From contig DXJO01000027.1 in NCBI GenBank assembly GCA_019057475.1, positions 1-64,000 of the forward strand: a DNA stretch of 64,000 bases, written 5' to 3'. Positions within the stretch are counted from its first letter, which is position 1. The number at the start of each line of letters is the position of its first letter. Made by a program: the position numbers and the translations under genes. The DNA comes from Candidatus Thorarchaeota archaeon. GTDB lineage: Archaea; Asgardarchaeota; Thorarchaeia; Thorarchaeales; Thorarchaeaceae. The notes beneath the pieces were generated by a model. It saw nothing but the letters and a program-made list of their open reading frames with translations, ran no database searches and was not told the origin of the DNA. Positions 10,251-21,182 of this stretch are shown one piece after another.

Positions 10251-11285
10251 ATGGGCGGATGGCAAAACCTCATCCTTCACGGCGACTGCTTGACTGCAAT
10301 GAAGCATCTTAGCAATGAGCTCGATGAAAAAATCCGACTCATCTATATCGATCCCCCTTTCTTTTCGGGCACAGAGTATACTTTGAAGATGAAGGGCATC
10401 GGCGACGCATCAAGCGCACCAGCATTGCGGGATACGAATACGTACAGCGATCGATGGAACGGGGGGCTTGAAGAGTACCTACGCTTCATGAAGGATCGAC
10501 TTGGAGCGATGATAGAACTGCTCCACGAGAATGGGAGCCTCTGGGTTCATCTTGACTGGCACGTTTCTCATTATGTCAAAACTATCCTCGACGATATCTT
10601 CGGATATTCCAACTTCGTTAATGAGCTGGTGTGGAAGCGTACGAATAGCCCCAAGTCACAGAGCAGAGGCTTCGGTAGCCAACATGACATAATCCTACTC
10701 TACGCAAAGAATGCTTCAGAGTTCAAGACCCATTCAATCTACCGAAAACATGACGAGAAGTCCTTGAAACCTTACAGCTACAGGGATGAGAAAGGTAGAT
10801 TCCGGCTCATCGAAATCGAGGCTCATGGAATCCAGCGGTCCGAAACCAGAAGGCAGTTTGAGTGGGAGGGGAGAACTGCTCCTTACCTGTACAAGAGAGA
10901 AACACTGGACAAGTGGCAAAATGAAGGTATAATCTACAGGAGCAAGAATGGACGGTATTCGAAGAAGCAGTACTTGTCTGACATGCCGGGCGTGATTGTT
11001 TCTGATCTGTGGATGGACATTCCGCCCATCCAAGGTGCTTCAAAGGAATTTACGGGATTCCTGACCCAAAAACCTGTGGCGCTTGTAGAAAGGATGATAG
11101 AGGCAGCAACCGAGCCAGGAGAGATTGTAGCAGACTTCTTTGCAGGTTCAGGAACTACAGCGGTTGCGGCCGAGAGGACACGTAGACGATGGATAATCAG
11201 TGATTCTTCCGAAGTCGCAATTGATCTAGCGGAATCTAGGTTGGCCAAGTTGAAAGCCAAGTACCAGAGGACAACCTTCAACTAG
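10251..11285 (+). CDS. Site-specific amino-DNA methyltransferase (N6A/N4C, beta class), orphan
   Basis: LIYIDPPF catalytic motif precedes TQKP and DFFAGSGTT SAM-binding motif. Confidence 0.9.
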   Translation: MGGWQNLILHGDCLTAMKHLSNELDEKIRLIYIDPPFFSGTEYTLKMKGIGDASSAPALRDTNTYSDRWNGGLEEYLRFMKDRLGAMIELLHENGSLWVHLDWHVSHYVKTILDDIFGYSNFVNELVWKRTNSPKSQSRGFGSQHDIILLYAKNASEFKTHSIYRKHDEKSLKPYSYRDEKGRFRLIEIEAHGIQRSETRRQFEWEGRTAPYLYKRETLDKWQNEGIIYRSKNGRYSKKQYLSDMPGVIVSDLWMDIPPIQGASKEFTGFLTQKPVALVERMIEAATEPGEIVADFFAGSGTTAVAAERTRRRWIISDSSEVAIDLAESRLAKLKAKYQRTTFN

Positions 11286-11318
11286 TACAGAATTCAAATC
11301 AGGAAAAGGCGACCCTTA

Positions 11319-12587
11319 ATGTCTATTGACGACTATGCAGGCCCTGACAGAAGCAAGTATGTCAAAGGAGAGAAAGTGGAGAAGACCTCCGCTCTGCTGA
11401 TGGTGTTCCTAGCAATAATGAAGGGTAGCATTGCTCTGCTGAGTAGCAGCGTCGCTCTGATGGCTGATGCCATCAACTCCTTAGCGGATATTTTCGCCTC
11501 GATTATGGTGTGGTCAGGATTGCGGCTCGCGGGCAGGGACCCCAATGACCGATTCCCCTACGGTTACTATAGAGGAGAAACCTTAGCCTCCTTCGTAGTT
11601 GCCATCATGATTATCATTGCAGGAGCTGGAATCGCTTGGCAGTCAGCAAGCAGCATCACTGAACCCACCCAAATTATCGGGACGGCTCTACCGATTGGAG
11701 CTGCGTTGACTTCCGCAATCATATACTTCATTCTTTCAAAGTACAAGCTCAAGGTGGGTAATGAAATTGGCAGCCCGAGTCTGATTGCTGACAGCAAGCA
11801 CTCCATGTTAGATGTCTACGCAGGCATTCTCGTGCTTGCAGGCGTGGTATTTTCCATCATCGGTTATCCAATCATCGAAATCTTCGTCGCACTATTGCTT
11901 GCTGCGTATATCATGAAGGAGGGAGTCGTGCTGATGAGAGATTCAGCCTTGAGTCTGATGGACGCATCTCCAATTCCTGAAAGACATGCGGAGATACGGA
12001 GGGTAGCCGAGGGAGTTTATGGAGTTGTGGATGTTCATAACATCAAAGTAAGAGTGTCTGGTTCAGTTTACTTCTGTGAGATGCATGCAACGATGAGCAA
12101 GGAAATGCCATTGGATCATGCGCATGCGCTCACTGATGAGATGGAAGCACTCCTCAAGCAGTTGATTCCTGAACTCGAGAGCGTTATGATCCACATGGAA
12201 CCTGAGAAAAAGAAAATTCTGAGAGTGGCAGTGCCAGTCAGCACTTACGAGGGAATTTCTTCCAGAGTGAGTCAGCATTTCGCGAAAGCGCCCTATTTCT
12301 GTGTCGTCGAAATCGTAGAAAAGACAGTGATAGCAGTCGAGTCTGTAGAAAATCCCGGATCTACGGCAGACAAGAAACGCGGCCTTCTCGCTGTAGAAAG
12401 CTTGATTGCGGGCAAAGGAGCTGATGCCGTGGTTGCGGCTGACATCGGGAGGGGCGCATTCAGTGTGTTTCGATCAGAATTGGTTGCAGTCTATGAACTA
12501 CCGGAAGGCAGGTCTGATGTTGAATCCATCATTAAGTCATTCATTCAGGGGGAACTGAAGCGAATCACAGAGTTCAAACAGCATTAG
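11319..12587 (+). CDS. Cation diffusion facilitator transporter with C-terminal NifX/NifB-like domain
   Basis: SVALMADAINSLAD, FPYGY, ADSKHSMLD, IHMEP; C-terminal VAVP..SQHFAKAPYF..VENP. Confidence 0.88.
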   Translation: MSIDDYAGPDRSKYVKGEKVEKTSALLMVFLAIMKGSIALLSSSVALMADAINSLADIFASIMVWSGLRLAGRDPNDRFPYGYYRGETLASFVVAIMIIIAGAGIAWQSASSITEPTQIIGTALPIGAALTSAIIYFILSKYKLKVGNEIGSPSLIADSKHSMLDVYAGILVLAGVVFSIIGYPIIEIFVALLLAAYIMKEGVVLMRDSALSLMDASPIPERHAEIRRVAEGVYGVVDVHNIKVRVSGSVYFCEMHATMSKEMPLDHAHALTDEMEALLKQLIPELESVMIHMEPEKKKILRVAVPVSTYEGISSRVSQHFAKAPYFCVVEIVEKTVIAVESVENPGSTADKKRGLLAVESLIAGKGADAVVAADIGRGAFSVFRSELVAVYELPEGRSDVESIIKSFIQGELKRITEFKQH

Positions 12588-12643
12588 AATCAAACAGTTT
12601 GTGCATTCGATAGAATGACCAAGTGGTTTCTACACCAAGTATG

Positions 12644-13378
12644 CTAGCTGGCCTTCTTGATCTTCCTTATTGTTCCGCCAGGCGCAACACCCTTGGGACA
12701 CGCCTTCACACAATTCATTATCAGATCACAGAGAGGTGCTCCTTCAGGAGTCGTTGCAGCCTTGAAGTAACGTTCCTTGTCGGCTGTCCGCGAGTCCTCA
12801 TGAAACCTCCACGCCTTAGCGAGAGCTGAAGGTCCAACATACTCTTTCTTCTTCGCATTAACTGGACAGGAACCAAAACATAGAGCACACATAATGCAGT
12901 TGACATAGCGCTCCATCTTCCTCCGATCAGATGGGGACTGTGTTCGTGCCTTTTCTCCTTCCGCAGGTTCAGCCCATAGGTTCAGACTCTCAAGTGCATT
13001 GTAGAACTTGGTCATGTCAACAACGAGATCCTTCAGAATAGGAAGGTTCGGCAATGGCTCAACTAACACCTCTTCATCAGGATTCCAACCAGGAGGCACT
13101 TCAGTTAGGGGTGGGAACGGTTTGAGATTCATATTCAAGTCCTTAAGGCCGGACACTTGGGTTTTGCAGGCTAGTCGAGGTTCCTTGTTGATAAGCATGG
13201 CGCAGCTGCCACAAACCGCACCGCGGCATGAATACCTGAAAGAGATCGAGGGGTCCATCTTGTCTTGGATTTGAAACAAAGCATCTAGGACTGTCATCCC
13301 CTTCTTGACATCTACCTTGTAAAGGTCATAGTGTGAAACTGCTCCACCATCTCTGCTTCTAGCCACTCTGAATAACAT
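12644..13378 (-). CDS. sdhB: Succinate dehydrogenase/fumarate reductase iron-sulfur subunit
   Basis: FRYSCRGAVCGSCAM..LAC, DLVVD, CIMCALCFGSCP, CDLIMNCVKACPK. Confidence 0.93.
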   Translation of the reverse strand: MLFRVARSRDGGAVSHYDLYKVDVKKGMTVLDALFQIQDKMDPSISFRYSCRGAVCGSCAMLINKEPRLACKTQVSGLKDLNMNLKPFPPLTEVPPGWNPDEEVLVEPLPNLPILKDLVVDMTKFYNALESLNLWAEPAEGEKARTQSPSDRRKMERYVNCIMCALCFGSCPVNAKKKEYVGPSALAKAWRFHEDSRTADKERYFKAATTPEGAPLCDLIMNCVKACPKGVAPGGTIRKIKKAS

Positions 13379-15060
13379 CAGTAAGTTCTCTCCTTCACTT
13401 CAAACTGGCCAAGATTGACGTCCTTGGTGCTAATTTTCATTTCGCCATCGATGAGTGTCATCAAGGTGTGTTTGAGGAACCTCTCATCATCTCGTTTTGG
13501 ATGATCAATCCTCCAGTGAGCGCCTCGACTCTCTTCTCGCCAGATGGCTCCTGCAGTAATGGCGTATGCTAACTGGAGCATGTTCTCGAGCTCAAGAGTT
13601 CGGACTAGAGCGTAGTTGAAGCGGTCATCACTTCGAGGTATGGAAACTTTCTCGAATCGCTCTTGTATCATTTTGATGACCTTGAGAGCTCCTTCCATCC
13701 TCGTCGGATCTCTGAAGACCCCCACATCATCATCCATGGTGGTTCCCATGAGTTCTCTGAGTTCGGCGCATAACTCTCCGGATTCATTCAGCAGGATTGC
13801 CTGAATCTTCTCTCGCATCGCGAAGGCTGCGTTATCTACGGCCTCTGCATCAGGGTCTTTTGCATTGGCTGCGTATTCACTCGCATTCTTGCCAACTATG
13901 CGCCCATAAACCAAGGTTTCTAGGAGAGAGTTGCCGCCAAGCCTATTGGCTCCATGGACGCTCATGCATGCCGTTTCGCCCACAGCAAACAAGCCGTTCA
14001 GAGATGTTGTTCCGTTCTTGTCACAATCGATTCCACCCATAGAGTAGTGCTGAGTTGGCACCACGGGGATGGGCTCTTCGATTGGGTCCACTCCAGCAAA
14101 GTCTAAGCTAATCTCCCTAATTCCAGGAAGACGCTCTTTGATCTTAGCCGCGCCCAGATGAGTCAGGTCTAGATGGACGTACCCACCTTCAAAGCCTCGA
14201 CCCTCATTGATCTCGGTTTGTATCGCTCGCGCAACTATGTCGCGTGGCGCAAGTTCCATCTTCTTAGGAGCATATTCCTTCATGAACCGCTCCCCCTTAG
14301 AATTGAGAAGATATCCACCCTCGCCTCTTGCACCTTCTGTTATCAAGATGTTAGAGCCCTTCAATCCAGTTGGATGGAACTGAATGAACTCCATGTCTTT
14401 CAATGGCACGCCAGCTCTTAACGCTAAGCCACAACCATCACCAGTGTTGATGAGCGCATTTGTTGAGCGTCCATAGACACGACCAAAGCCGCCTGTAGCG
14501 AGTATCACGGCCTTGGCAGTGATGCCGAGCACCTTGCCTGTAGAAATTTCAAGAGCGGTAACTCCCACAATCCGGTCTTCCGTCCTAACAAGCGAAGTTA
14601 CAAACCACTCGTCATAGAACTTCACGCCTTTTCTCATAGCTTGCTCGAAAGTTGTGTGGAGAAGGTTGTGCCCTGTGCGGTCAGCAGCGTAGCATGTTCG
14701 TGGATACGCCGCTCCACCAAAAGGCCTCTGTGCAATCTTTCCATCCTCGGTTCTTGAGAAAGCTGTACCCCACAGCTCGTTCTCGATGACGACCGACGGG
14801 GCATTCCTGGTAAGAACCTCTACGACATCCTGGTCGGCCAGATAGTCGGACCCCTTGACAGTGTCAAAAGCGTGTGACTCCCACGAGTCCTCGATACTCA
14901 TGGCAGCATTGATTCCACCTTGTGCGGCTACAGAGTGCGACCTGAGAGAGTGCACCTTTGTCACGACTGCAACATCGTGAGTATCAACAATCTCGATTGC
15001 AGCTCTTAAGCCAGAGAGCCCTGCGCCTATAATCAATACATCGTGCTTGAGGTTCACCAA
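13378..15060 (-). CDS. sdhA: Succinate dehydrogenase/fumarate reductase flavoprotein subunit (start 15057-15060)
   Basis: [52 protein letters not shown]. Confidence 0.95.
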   Translation of the reverse strand: MVNLKHDVLIIGAGLSGLRAAIEIVDTHDVAVVTKVHSLRSHSVAAQGGINAAMSIEDSWESHAFDTVKGSDYLADQDVVEVLTRNAPSVVIENELWGTAFSRTEDGKIAQRPFGGAAYPRTCYAADRTGHNLLHTTFEQAMRKGVKFYDEWFVTSLVRTEDRIVGVTALEISTGKVLGITAKAVILATGGFGRVYGRSTNALINTGDGCGLALRAGVPLKDMEFIQFHPTGLKGSNILITEGARGEGGYLLNSKGERFMKEYAPKKMELAPRDIVARAIQTEINEGRGFEGGYVHLDLTHLGAAKIKERLPGIREISLDFAGVDPIEEPIPVVPTQHYSMGGIDCDKNGTTSLNGLFAVGETACMSVHGANRLGGNSLLETLVYGRIVGKNASEYAANAKDPDAEAVDNAAFAMREKIQAILLNESGELCAELRELMGTTMDDDVGVFRDPTRMEGALKVIKMIQERFEKVSIPRSDDRFNYALVRTLELENMLQLAYAITAGAIWREESRGAHWRIDHPKRDDERFLKHTLMTLIDGEMKISTKDVNLGQFEVKERTY

Positions 15061-15146
15061 TGCGTCTCTCCTCGCCTCGGAGTCACTCCGAGCAATGCAA
15101 TTCAAGTGCAGTCCTAGTATAAGGAGCTTTTTCTGTCGGAACTAGA

Positions 15147-16535
15147 CTACACCATTCTCTTTGGGTCAAGTATCTCGTCCAAATCGCCATCAATCTTGAG
15201 TTTCATGTCAAGCAAGGTTTCTCTAATCGTCTTTCCTGATGAGTGAGCTGCTTTCACCACCTCTGAAGCCTTGTCATATCCTATGATGGGCGTCAGACGT
15301 GTTACAATCATAGGATTCCGTTCTAGTTGAAGTTCGATGTGGCCAGTGTTCGCCTTTAAACCTTCAAGGCAGTATTCCACGAAGGATTTGATGCTATTAG
15401 ATAGGATGCGAATCGAGTGGAGAAGGTTCACAATCATTACAGGCTTTGTGACATTCAAGTCTAGAATACTTCCGAATCCCTCTGCTAAAGCAATCGTGGA
15501 ATCATTACCCATGACCTGCAGGGAAACCTGAATCAAAGCCTCTGCCTGAGTGGGGTTGATCTTTCCGGGCATTATCGATGAGCCTGGTTCGTTCTGCGGC
15601 AGTAGCAGCTCGCCTAAGCCGGCACGTGGGCCGCTACCCATCCAACGGACATCATTAGCCATCTTGATGCATGCTAATGCTAGCTGACGAAGAACCCCGC
15701 TCGTAGCTACAAGCTTGCTGTGTGAAGCAATCCCTTCAGCCTTGACTGGATTGATTTTGATTGGTCGTCCTGCGAGTTCACTGAGATGATTTGTCACTCT
15801 TTTGGCGAATCCTTTGGGTGCGTTGAGCCCTGTTCCAAGGGCAGTGCCACCAACGGGAACCACGGCAAGATCGTCAAGGGCGCGGTGCAATGCTTTTTTG
15901 ACCTCACTGAACTGTCGGCGATAGACTTCAAACTCCGTTGAGAGAGGGATAGGAACTGCATCCTGCAGATGGGTCCGTCCAACCTTCACGATGCCTTCGA
16001 ATTGTTCGATTTTCTGTCCAAGGCCCCGAATCAGCGTTTCAATGGAGGGCAACAAATCGACATTGATTGCATCCAGGGTCGCTAGGTGCATTGCCGTGGG
16101 GATGACGTCATTTGAGGACTGACCTTTGTTGACGTGATCATTCGGATGAACAGGTGAACTCATTCCTTTGGGATGCCCCAAGATTTCATTCGCCCGGTTT
16201 GCGAGAACTTCATTCATATTCATGTTAGTCTGAGTTCCAGAACCAGTCTGAAATACATCAATAGGAAACTGGTCTAGGAATCGTTTCTCATCCAGCATTT
16301 CGTTTACAGCCTGAAGGACGGCATTCCCCAATCCCTCATCCAGGTCAGCACTCTCCATGTTTGACAACACGCACGCCTTCTTCACCATGGCGAGTGATAG
16401 AATGAATCTCTGAGAGAATCGCAGACCGCTTATTTGGAAATTCTCAATTGCGCGCTGTGTGTTGATTCCCCAGTAAGCATCCGTAGGAACGTCAAGTTCT
16501 CCAAGCACATCCTTCTCTGTGCGGGTCTTTTTCAT
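15147..16535 (-). CDS. fumC: Class II fumarate hydratase
   Basis: QTGSGTQTNMNMNEV, GRTHLQDAVP, GSSIMPGKINP. Confidence 0.93.
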   Translation of the reverse strand: MKKTRTEKDVLGELDVPTDAYWGINTQRAIENFQISGLRFSQRFILSLAMVKKACVLSNMESADLDEGLGNAVLQAVNEMLDEKRFLDQFPIDVFQTGSGTQTNMNMNEVLANRANEILGHPKGMSSPVHPNDHVNKGQSSNDVIPTAMHLATLDAINVDLLPSIETLIRGLGQKIEQFEGIVKVGRTHLQDAVPIPLSTEFEVYRRQFSEVKKALHRALDDLAVVPVGGTALGTGLNAPKGFAKRVTNHLSELAGRPIKINPVKAEGIASHSKLVATSGVLRQLALACIKMANDVRWMGSGPRAGLGELLLPQNEPGSSIMPGKINPTQAEALIQVSLQVMGNDSTIALAEGFGSILDLNVTKPVMIVNLLHSIRILSNSIKSFVEYCLEGLKANTGHIELQLERNPMIVTRLTPIIGYDKASEVVKAAHSSGKTIRETLLDMKLKIDGDLDEILDPKRMV

Positions 16536-16571
16536 CCAGTGTCCTCCCTGTTGTGTTATCCTGCGGAGCCA

Positions 16572-17438
16572 TTACAATGTCAGGTCATTCACTACCTGTT
16601 GGAGCAACGCTCTATCCGTTTCGTGGTCTCTAAGTCTGCCATCTTTGGGCAATGCCAAGCCGGATGCTAGGTCGGGGAGTTCTGACTTGTAGAACAGACC
16701 GACTGGTATCCTATCTCCAAACTCGAACGATTTCTCCAAGGCCAGCATCTTATTCGTGGGGTCGTGTCCTTCCTCCTGCAGCGAGTACGCCCGTTCATTA
16801 TAGAATTTCCATGTGAGCTTTCGATTCCATGTCTGACAGGGCTGGAGAATATCTACAACTGCAAAACCCCTGTGTTGTACGGCTTTGACCATGAGCGTCA
16901 CAAGGTCCTTCTGATTTCCTGAGAACCCACGTGCCACGTAGGTTGCGCCTCCGGTAATTGCAAGAGCGATTGGATTGATTGGCCACATCGGAGCTCCCGG
17001 AGGAGGAGGGGAAGTATTCGATACATACCCTCGCTGTGCCGCTGGTGAGAACTGACCCTTCGTGAGACCCATTACCCCATTGTTGTGAATGAAGACCGCT
17101 AAGTTAACGTTGCGGCGGGCAGCATGAATGAAATGGGAAAAGCCCTCACCTAGACCATCGCCGTCCCCGGTGTTCACAATGACTTTGAGATCCGGATTAA
17201 CAAGGTGAGCACCAGTCGCAACAGGAATAGCTCTTCCGTGAAGGGTATGGAACATGTTCAGATTGATGTAGTGCGGAGCCTTGCTGGAACACCCAATCCC
17301 GGAAACCAAAAGAATCTCATGGCGGGGAACATCTAGCTCAATCACTGCTTTCTTGAGAGCGGCCAATATTCCAAAGTTGCCGCACCCAGTACACCAAGTT
17401 ATCGCTTGTTTTCCTTCAAGCTCTTCAATCGTAATCAT
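16572..17438 (-). CDS. korB: 2-oxoacid:ferredoxin oxidoreductase beta subunit
   Basis: TWCTGCG, SGIGCS, LHGRAIP, GDGD..NNG TPP motif; ATGA overlap with the alpha gene. Confidence 0.9.
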   Translation of the reverse strand: MITIEELEGKQAITWCTGCGNFGILAALKKAVIELDVPRHEILLVSGIGCSSKAPHYINLNMFHTLHGRAIPVATGAHLVNPDLKVIVNTGDGDGLGEGFSHFIHAARRNVNLAVFIHNNGVMGLTKGQFSPAAQRGYVSNTSPPPPGAPMWPINPIALAITGGATYVARGFSGNQKDLVTLMVKAVQHRGFAVVDILQPCQTWNRKLTWKFYNERAYSLQEEGHDPTNKMLALEKSFEFGDRIPVGLFYKSELPDLASGLALPKDGRLRDHETDRALLQQVVNDLTL

Positions 17439-19153
17439 GCGATACCAGCCTCCTTCAACTGCGTCATAACCCACCGCGCATTCATCTGTCGCCCGTCGTA
17501 CTTGTTGATATGATGATCTACGCCGAAGCCAGTTTCCATCCGGACTAACCTTGCGAACTGCGAAGTTGCGTTCTGCTCCACAGCCACGACCTTCTTTGCT
17601 TTTTTGAAGACTGTCTTCAATGCTGTGGTTCTCAATGGATATACGTCACAGAAGTGTAGTTGATTGATTGACACACCCTCAGCATTGAGAAGGCTGACGG
17701 CTTCATAGACTGAGCCCCATGTTGACCCCCAAGTCAGCAATGTGATGTCGGCTGTTTTCTTACCATAGATTGTGGGCGGGTTTAGTGTCTTGAGTATGTG
17801 AGACACCTTCTTCATCAACTTCTCAACCATTGCTTTGCGTAAGTCAGGATTCTCAGTAATGTGGCCGTTCTCCAAGTGCACGTTGCCGCTATGAATAACT
17901 GTCCTGCCAGCGTCGCCTGGGAAGGCTCTTGGGGATACACCATCCTTGGTGAGTTTGTATCTGAGATACTCTGGGTCCAGCCCTTCAGTAGCAATTAGAC
18001 CGCGATCCACGTTAACGCCCGTGATATCAAAGCGAGGGATATTCATCATCGAATCAGCATAGTACTGGTCTCCAAGTATCATCACAGGAACCTGAAACTT
18101 GTCAGCCAGGTTAAAGGCCCGCGTGGTAACTTCGAAACCTTCCACTGGATCCTTTGGTGCCAGCAAGATGCGTGGAAATTCGCCTTGACTCGCGTGTGCC
18201 ATGAAGAGAAGGTCTGATTGTTCAGTTCTCGTGGGCAGTCCCGTGGCGGGGCCAGGTCGTTGAGCATTGTATATCACAATTGGGGTTTCTGTGATTGCTG
18301 CTAGTCCGAGCGCCTCGGCCATGAGGGAGAACCCGCCGCCTGAGGTTGTCACGAAAGCTCTAGCACCAGCGAACGATGCTCCGAGACCCATCGTTATCGC
18401 TGATAGCTCATCCTCTGCCTGCAGGGTTCCTATGTTTAGCTTGTGAGCCTGTGAAACGATGTCCTGAAAGACCTGTGTGGAGGGGCTCATGGGGTAAGCA
18501 GAAATCCATTTTAAATTGGAGGCCATCGCCCCCAGAGCCAAAGCACGATTCCCATTGATGAAGAGGAGATCTTTGGACGGACCTTTCTTAACAGAACTAA
18601 GGTTCTGACTACAGGTCCCTGAGAATTGTTCAGTGGTTAGGTCGTACAGAGCTTTTGCGACTGCGACATTGCTGGCAATAACCTTCTCACCTTTCCTCTC
18701 AAACTTGGCTGTGAGAGCGTTTTCGACTAGCTTGAATGGGAATTTGAGCACGGCGAGAGCGGCGCCAAGAGCTGCAGCATTTGTCATTCGCGTACTTCCA
18801 CCCACCTCTTTTGCCGTCTTCTCTAGAGGTGCTGAAAGATGACATGATTCCAGCTCATCAAACTCAATCCCTTCATCAAAAATTATCACACCACCCTCAG
18901 TCAAGCGGCTGCGTTGTTCTACAATCGCATCCTTGGTCATTGCTATGATGAGATCGACCTTGTCAGTGGCAGCGTAGACTGGCGAATCACTCACTCGAAT
19001 CTGGTTGAAGTTGTATCCCCCTCTAATTCTTGATTCAAAATCCTTCAAGATGTGAACATAGAATCCTGTCTTGACGAAGACCTGACTTATCAGGTCGCCA
19101 ATGGTGTCTATCCCTTGCCCGGCTTGGCCACCTGTATTTATTGTGAAATCCAT
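17435..19153 (-). CDS. korA: 2-oxoacid:ferredoxin oxidoreductase alpha subunit (fused gamma domain)
   Basis: GGQAGQG, ESRIRGG, AYPMSP, QAEDE, TTSGGG, QRPGPATGLPT. Confidence 0.9.
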   Translation of the reverse strand: MDFTINTGGQAGQGIDTIGDLISQVFVKTGFYVHILKDFESRIRGGYNFNQIRVSDSPVYAATDKVDLIIAMTKDAIVEQRSRLTEGGVIIFDEGIEFDELESCHLSAPLEKTAKEVGGSTRMTNAAALGAALAVLKFPFKLVENALTAKFERKGEKVIASNVAVAKALYDLTTEQFSGTCSQNLSSVKKGPSKDLLFINGNRALALGAMASNLKWISAYPMSPSTQVFQDIVSQAHKLNIGTLQAEDELSAITMGLGASFAGARAFVTTSGGGFSLMAEALGLAAITETPIVIYNAQRPGPATGLPTRTEQSDLLFMAHASQGEFPRILLAPKDPVEGFEVTTRAFNLADKFQVPVMILGDQYYADSMMNIPRFDITGVNVDRGLIATEGLDPEYLRYKLTKDGVSPRAFPGDAGRTVIHSGNVHLENGHITENPDLRKAMVEKLMKKVSHILKTLNPPTIYGKKTADITLLTWGSTWGSVYEAVSLLNAEGVSINQLHFCDVYPLRTTALKTVFKKAKKVVAVEQNATSQFARLVRMETGFGVDHHINKYDGRQMNARWVMTQLKEAGIA

Positions 19154-19382
19154 GAATGGAACGCCTCCAAATGAAATCGAATCAGCTTACGAGTTCGGAT
19201 GTCATTCTTAATTCCTTTGCTTGGTGAACCACACGGATGACGAAGCCCGCAATCCGTAGCTCAAACTCAATCTTTATATCCTAAAGCCCGAAGTCCATGT
19301 ACAGTTTTACCATTGGTAAGCTGGGTTAGGTTACACTGAGTTGACGCCTAGTCCGGTGTACGAATTATTAGGGGAACAAAAA

Positions 19383-21038
19383 ATGGCACAATTATCTGGA
19401 ACACCCATCCTGATTCTAAAGGAGGGCACGGAGCGCGAGCGCGGTAGAAGCGCGCAAGCCAACAACATTATGGCAGGTATCGTTATCGCCGACGCAGTTA
19501 AGTCCACACTTGGACCTCGCGGCATGGATAAGATGCTCGTCGACTCTCTAGGAGATGTCACAATCACAAACGATGGTGCATCAATCCTGAAGGAGATTGA
19601 TGTCCAGCACCCAGCTGCAAAGATGCTTGTTGAGGTGGCAAAGACCCAAGACCAGGAGACTGGTGACGGTACGACCACTTCGGTTGTCATCGCTGGCGAG
19701 CTCTTGAAGAGAGCACAGGACCTGCTTGAGAAGAAGATTCACCCAACGATTATTGTCGGGGGGTATCAGAAAGCGGCGGACAAGGCAACAGAGATTCTGG
19801 CGGATCTATCCATCACCATGGAAGGCCCGGACAAGAAGACCTTGAGAAGCATTGCCAACACGTCTATGAACAGCAAGTCTATAGTTGGTTCAAGGGACCA
19901 CTTTTCTGACATCGCTGTCAAGGCAGTCTTGCAGATTACCGAAGACATCAACGGCAAGAAAAGGGCCGACATTGATATGATTGAGATTATCAAGAAGCAA
20001 GGCAAGAGCCTCAACGAAACCGAGCTCGTGAAGGGCATGGTAATCGATAAGGAAATTGTACACGCTGCTATGCCAAGGAAAGTCGAGGCTGCCAAAATCG
20101 CTCTGGTTAATACGGCGATAGAGGTGACCAAGACCGAGTTCGATGCCGAGATTCGGATTGACAGTCCGGACCAGATCAAAGCCTTCCTCGACGAGGAAGA
20201 GCGCATGCTCAAGAGCATGGTTGACAAAGTCATCGACTCCGGTGCAACTGTTCTCATCTGCCAGAAGGGCATCGATGATGTAGCGCAGCACTATTTGGCC
20301 AAGGCTGGAGTCCTAGCCATCCGAAGGGCTAAGAAGAGCACTCTGGAGAAGCTAGCAAAGGCCACAGGGGCCAGCGTAGCAACAAATCTAGATGAGCTCA
20401 CCAAGGACTACCTAGGCAAAGCAGGCATTGTTGAGGAAGTCAGGATTGCTGATGACAAGCTCCTGTACGTCCGAGACTGCAAGGACCCGAAGGCAGTATC
20501 AATCGTCATCAGAGGCGGCACCGAACATGTCGTCGACGAAGCCGACAGGGCACTGCATGATGCGCTCTCCGTTGTAAGGAATGTCGTCGAGGACAACACA
20601 TACGTTGCTGGCGGCGGTTCCGTTGAAGCAGAGATAGCTAAGCGCTTGGAAACTTATGCCACCCAAATTGGTGGTCGTGAGCAGCTAGCCATCGAGGCAT
20701 TTGCAGAGGCTCTCAGAGTTATCCCAAGAACACTTGCTGAAAATGGCGGTCACGACCCAATTGACATCATTGCCGACCTGAACAAAGATCACTCCAAAGC
20801 AACAGGTATTTGGTACGGTGTGGATGTGTTCAAGGGCAAGAGCGTCAACATGTTGAAGGCAGGTGTCATTGAGCCATCTCGCGTGAAGCATCAGGCCATT
20901 CGTGCAGCGTCAGAAACTGCCCAGATGATCCTTAGGATCGACGATGTGATAGCAGCCAAGGCTGGTCCTCCACCAGCACCACCAGGCGGCGGTATGGGCG
21001 GAATGGGTGGCATGGGCGGCATGCCCGGAATGATGTAA
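19383..21038 (+). CDS. ths: Thermosome (group II chaperonin) subunit
   Basis: [32 protein letters not shown] tail. Confidence 0.97.
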   Translation: MAQLSGTPILILKEGTERERGRSAQANNIMAGIVIADAVKSTLGPRGMDKMLVDSLGDVTITNDGASILKEIDVQHPAAKMLVEVAKTQDQETGDGTTTSVVIAGELLKRAQDLLEKKIHPTIIVGGYQKAADKATEILADLSITMEGPDKKTLRSIANTSMNSKSIVGSRDHFSDIAVKAVLQITEDINGKKRADIDMIEIIKKQGKSLNETELVKGMVIDKEIVHAAMPRKVEAAKIALVNTAIEVTKTEFDAEIRIDSPDQIKAFLDEEERMLKSMVDKVIDSGATVLICQKGIDDVAQHYLAKAGVLAIRRAKKSTLEKLAKATGASVATNLDELTKDYLGKAGIVEEVRIADDKLLYVRDCKDPKAVSIVIRGGTEHVVDEADRALHDALSVVRNVVEDNTYVAGGGSVEAEIAKRLETYATQIGGREQLAIEAFAEALRVIPRTLAENGGHDPIDIIADLNKDHSKATGIWYGVDVFKGKSVNMLKAGVIEPSRVKHQAIRAASETAQMILRIDDVIAAKAGPPPAPPGGGMGGMGGMGGMPGMM

Positions 21039-21182
21039 CGTATAACAGAGTAATGGAGCCGTAGCGCTCCATCACCTTTCTTTTTCTTGAGTAAACCACG
21101 GGGATATGACAGCAAGAAAGATTAAGGAAACAATGAAAAACGAGTATAACCCAACTCGACCGCCTTACAGGACGATATCTAG

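Noticed and set aside
20985-21035. GGM-coding low-complexity repeat
   Set aside because: Ordinary chaperonin C-terminal tail.
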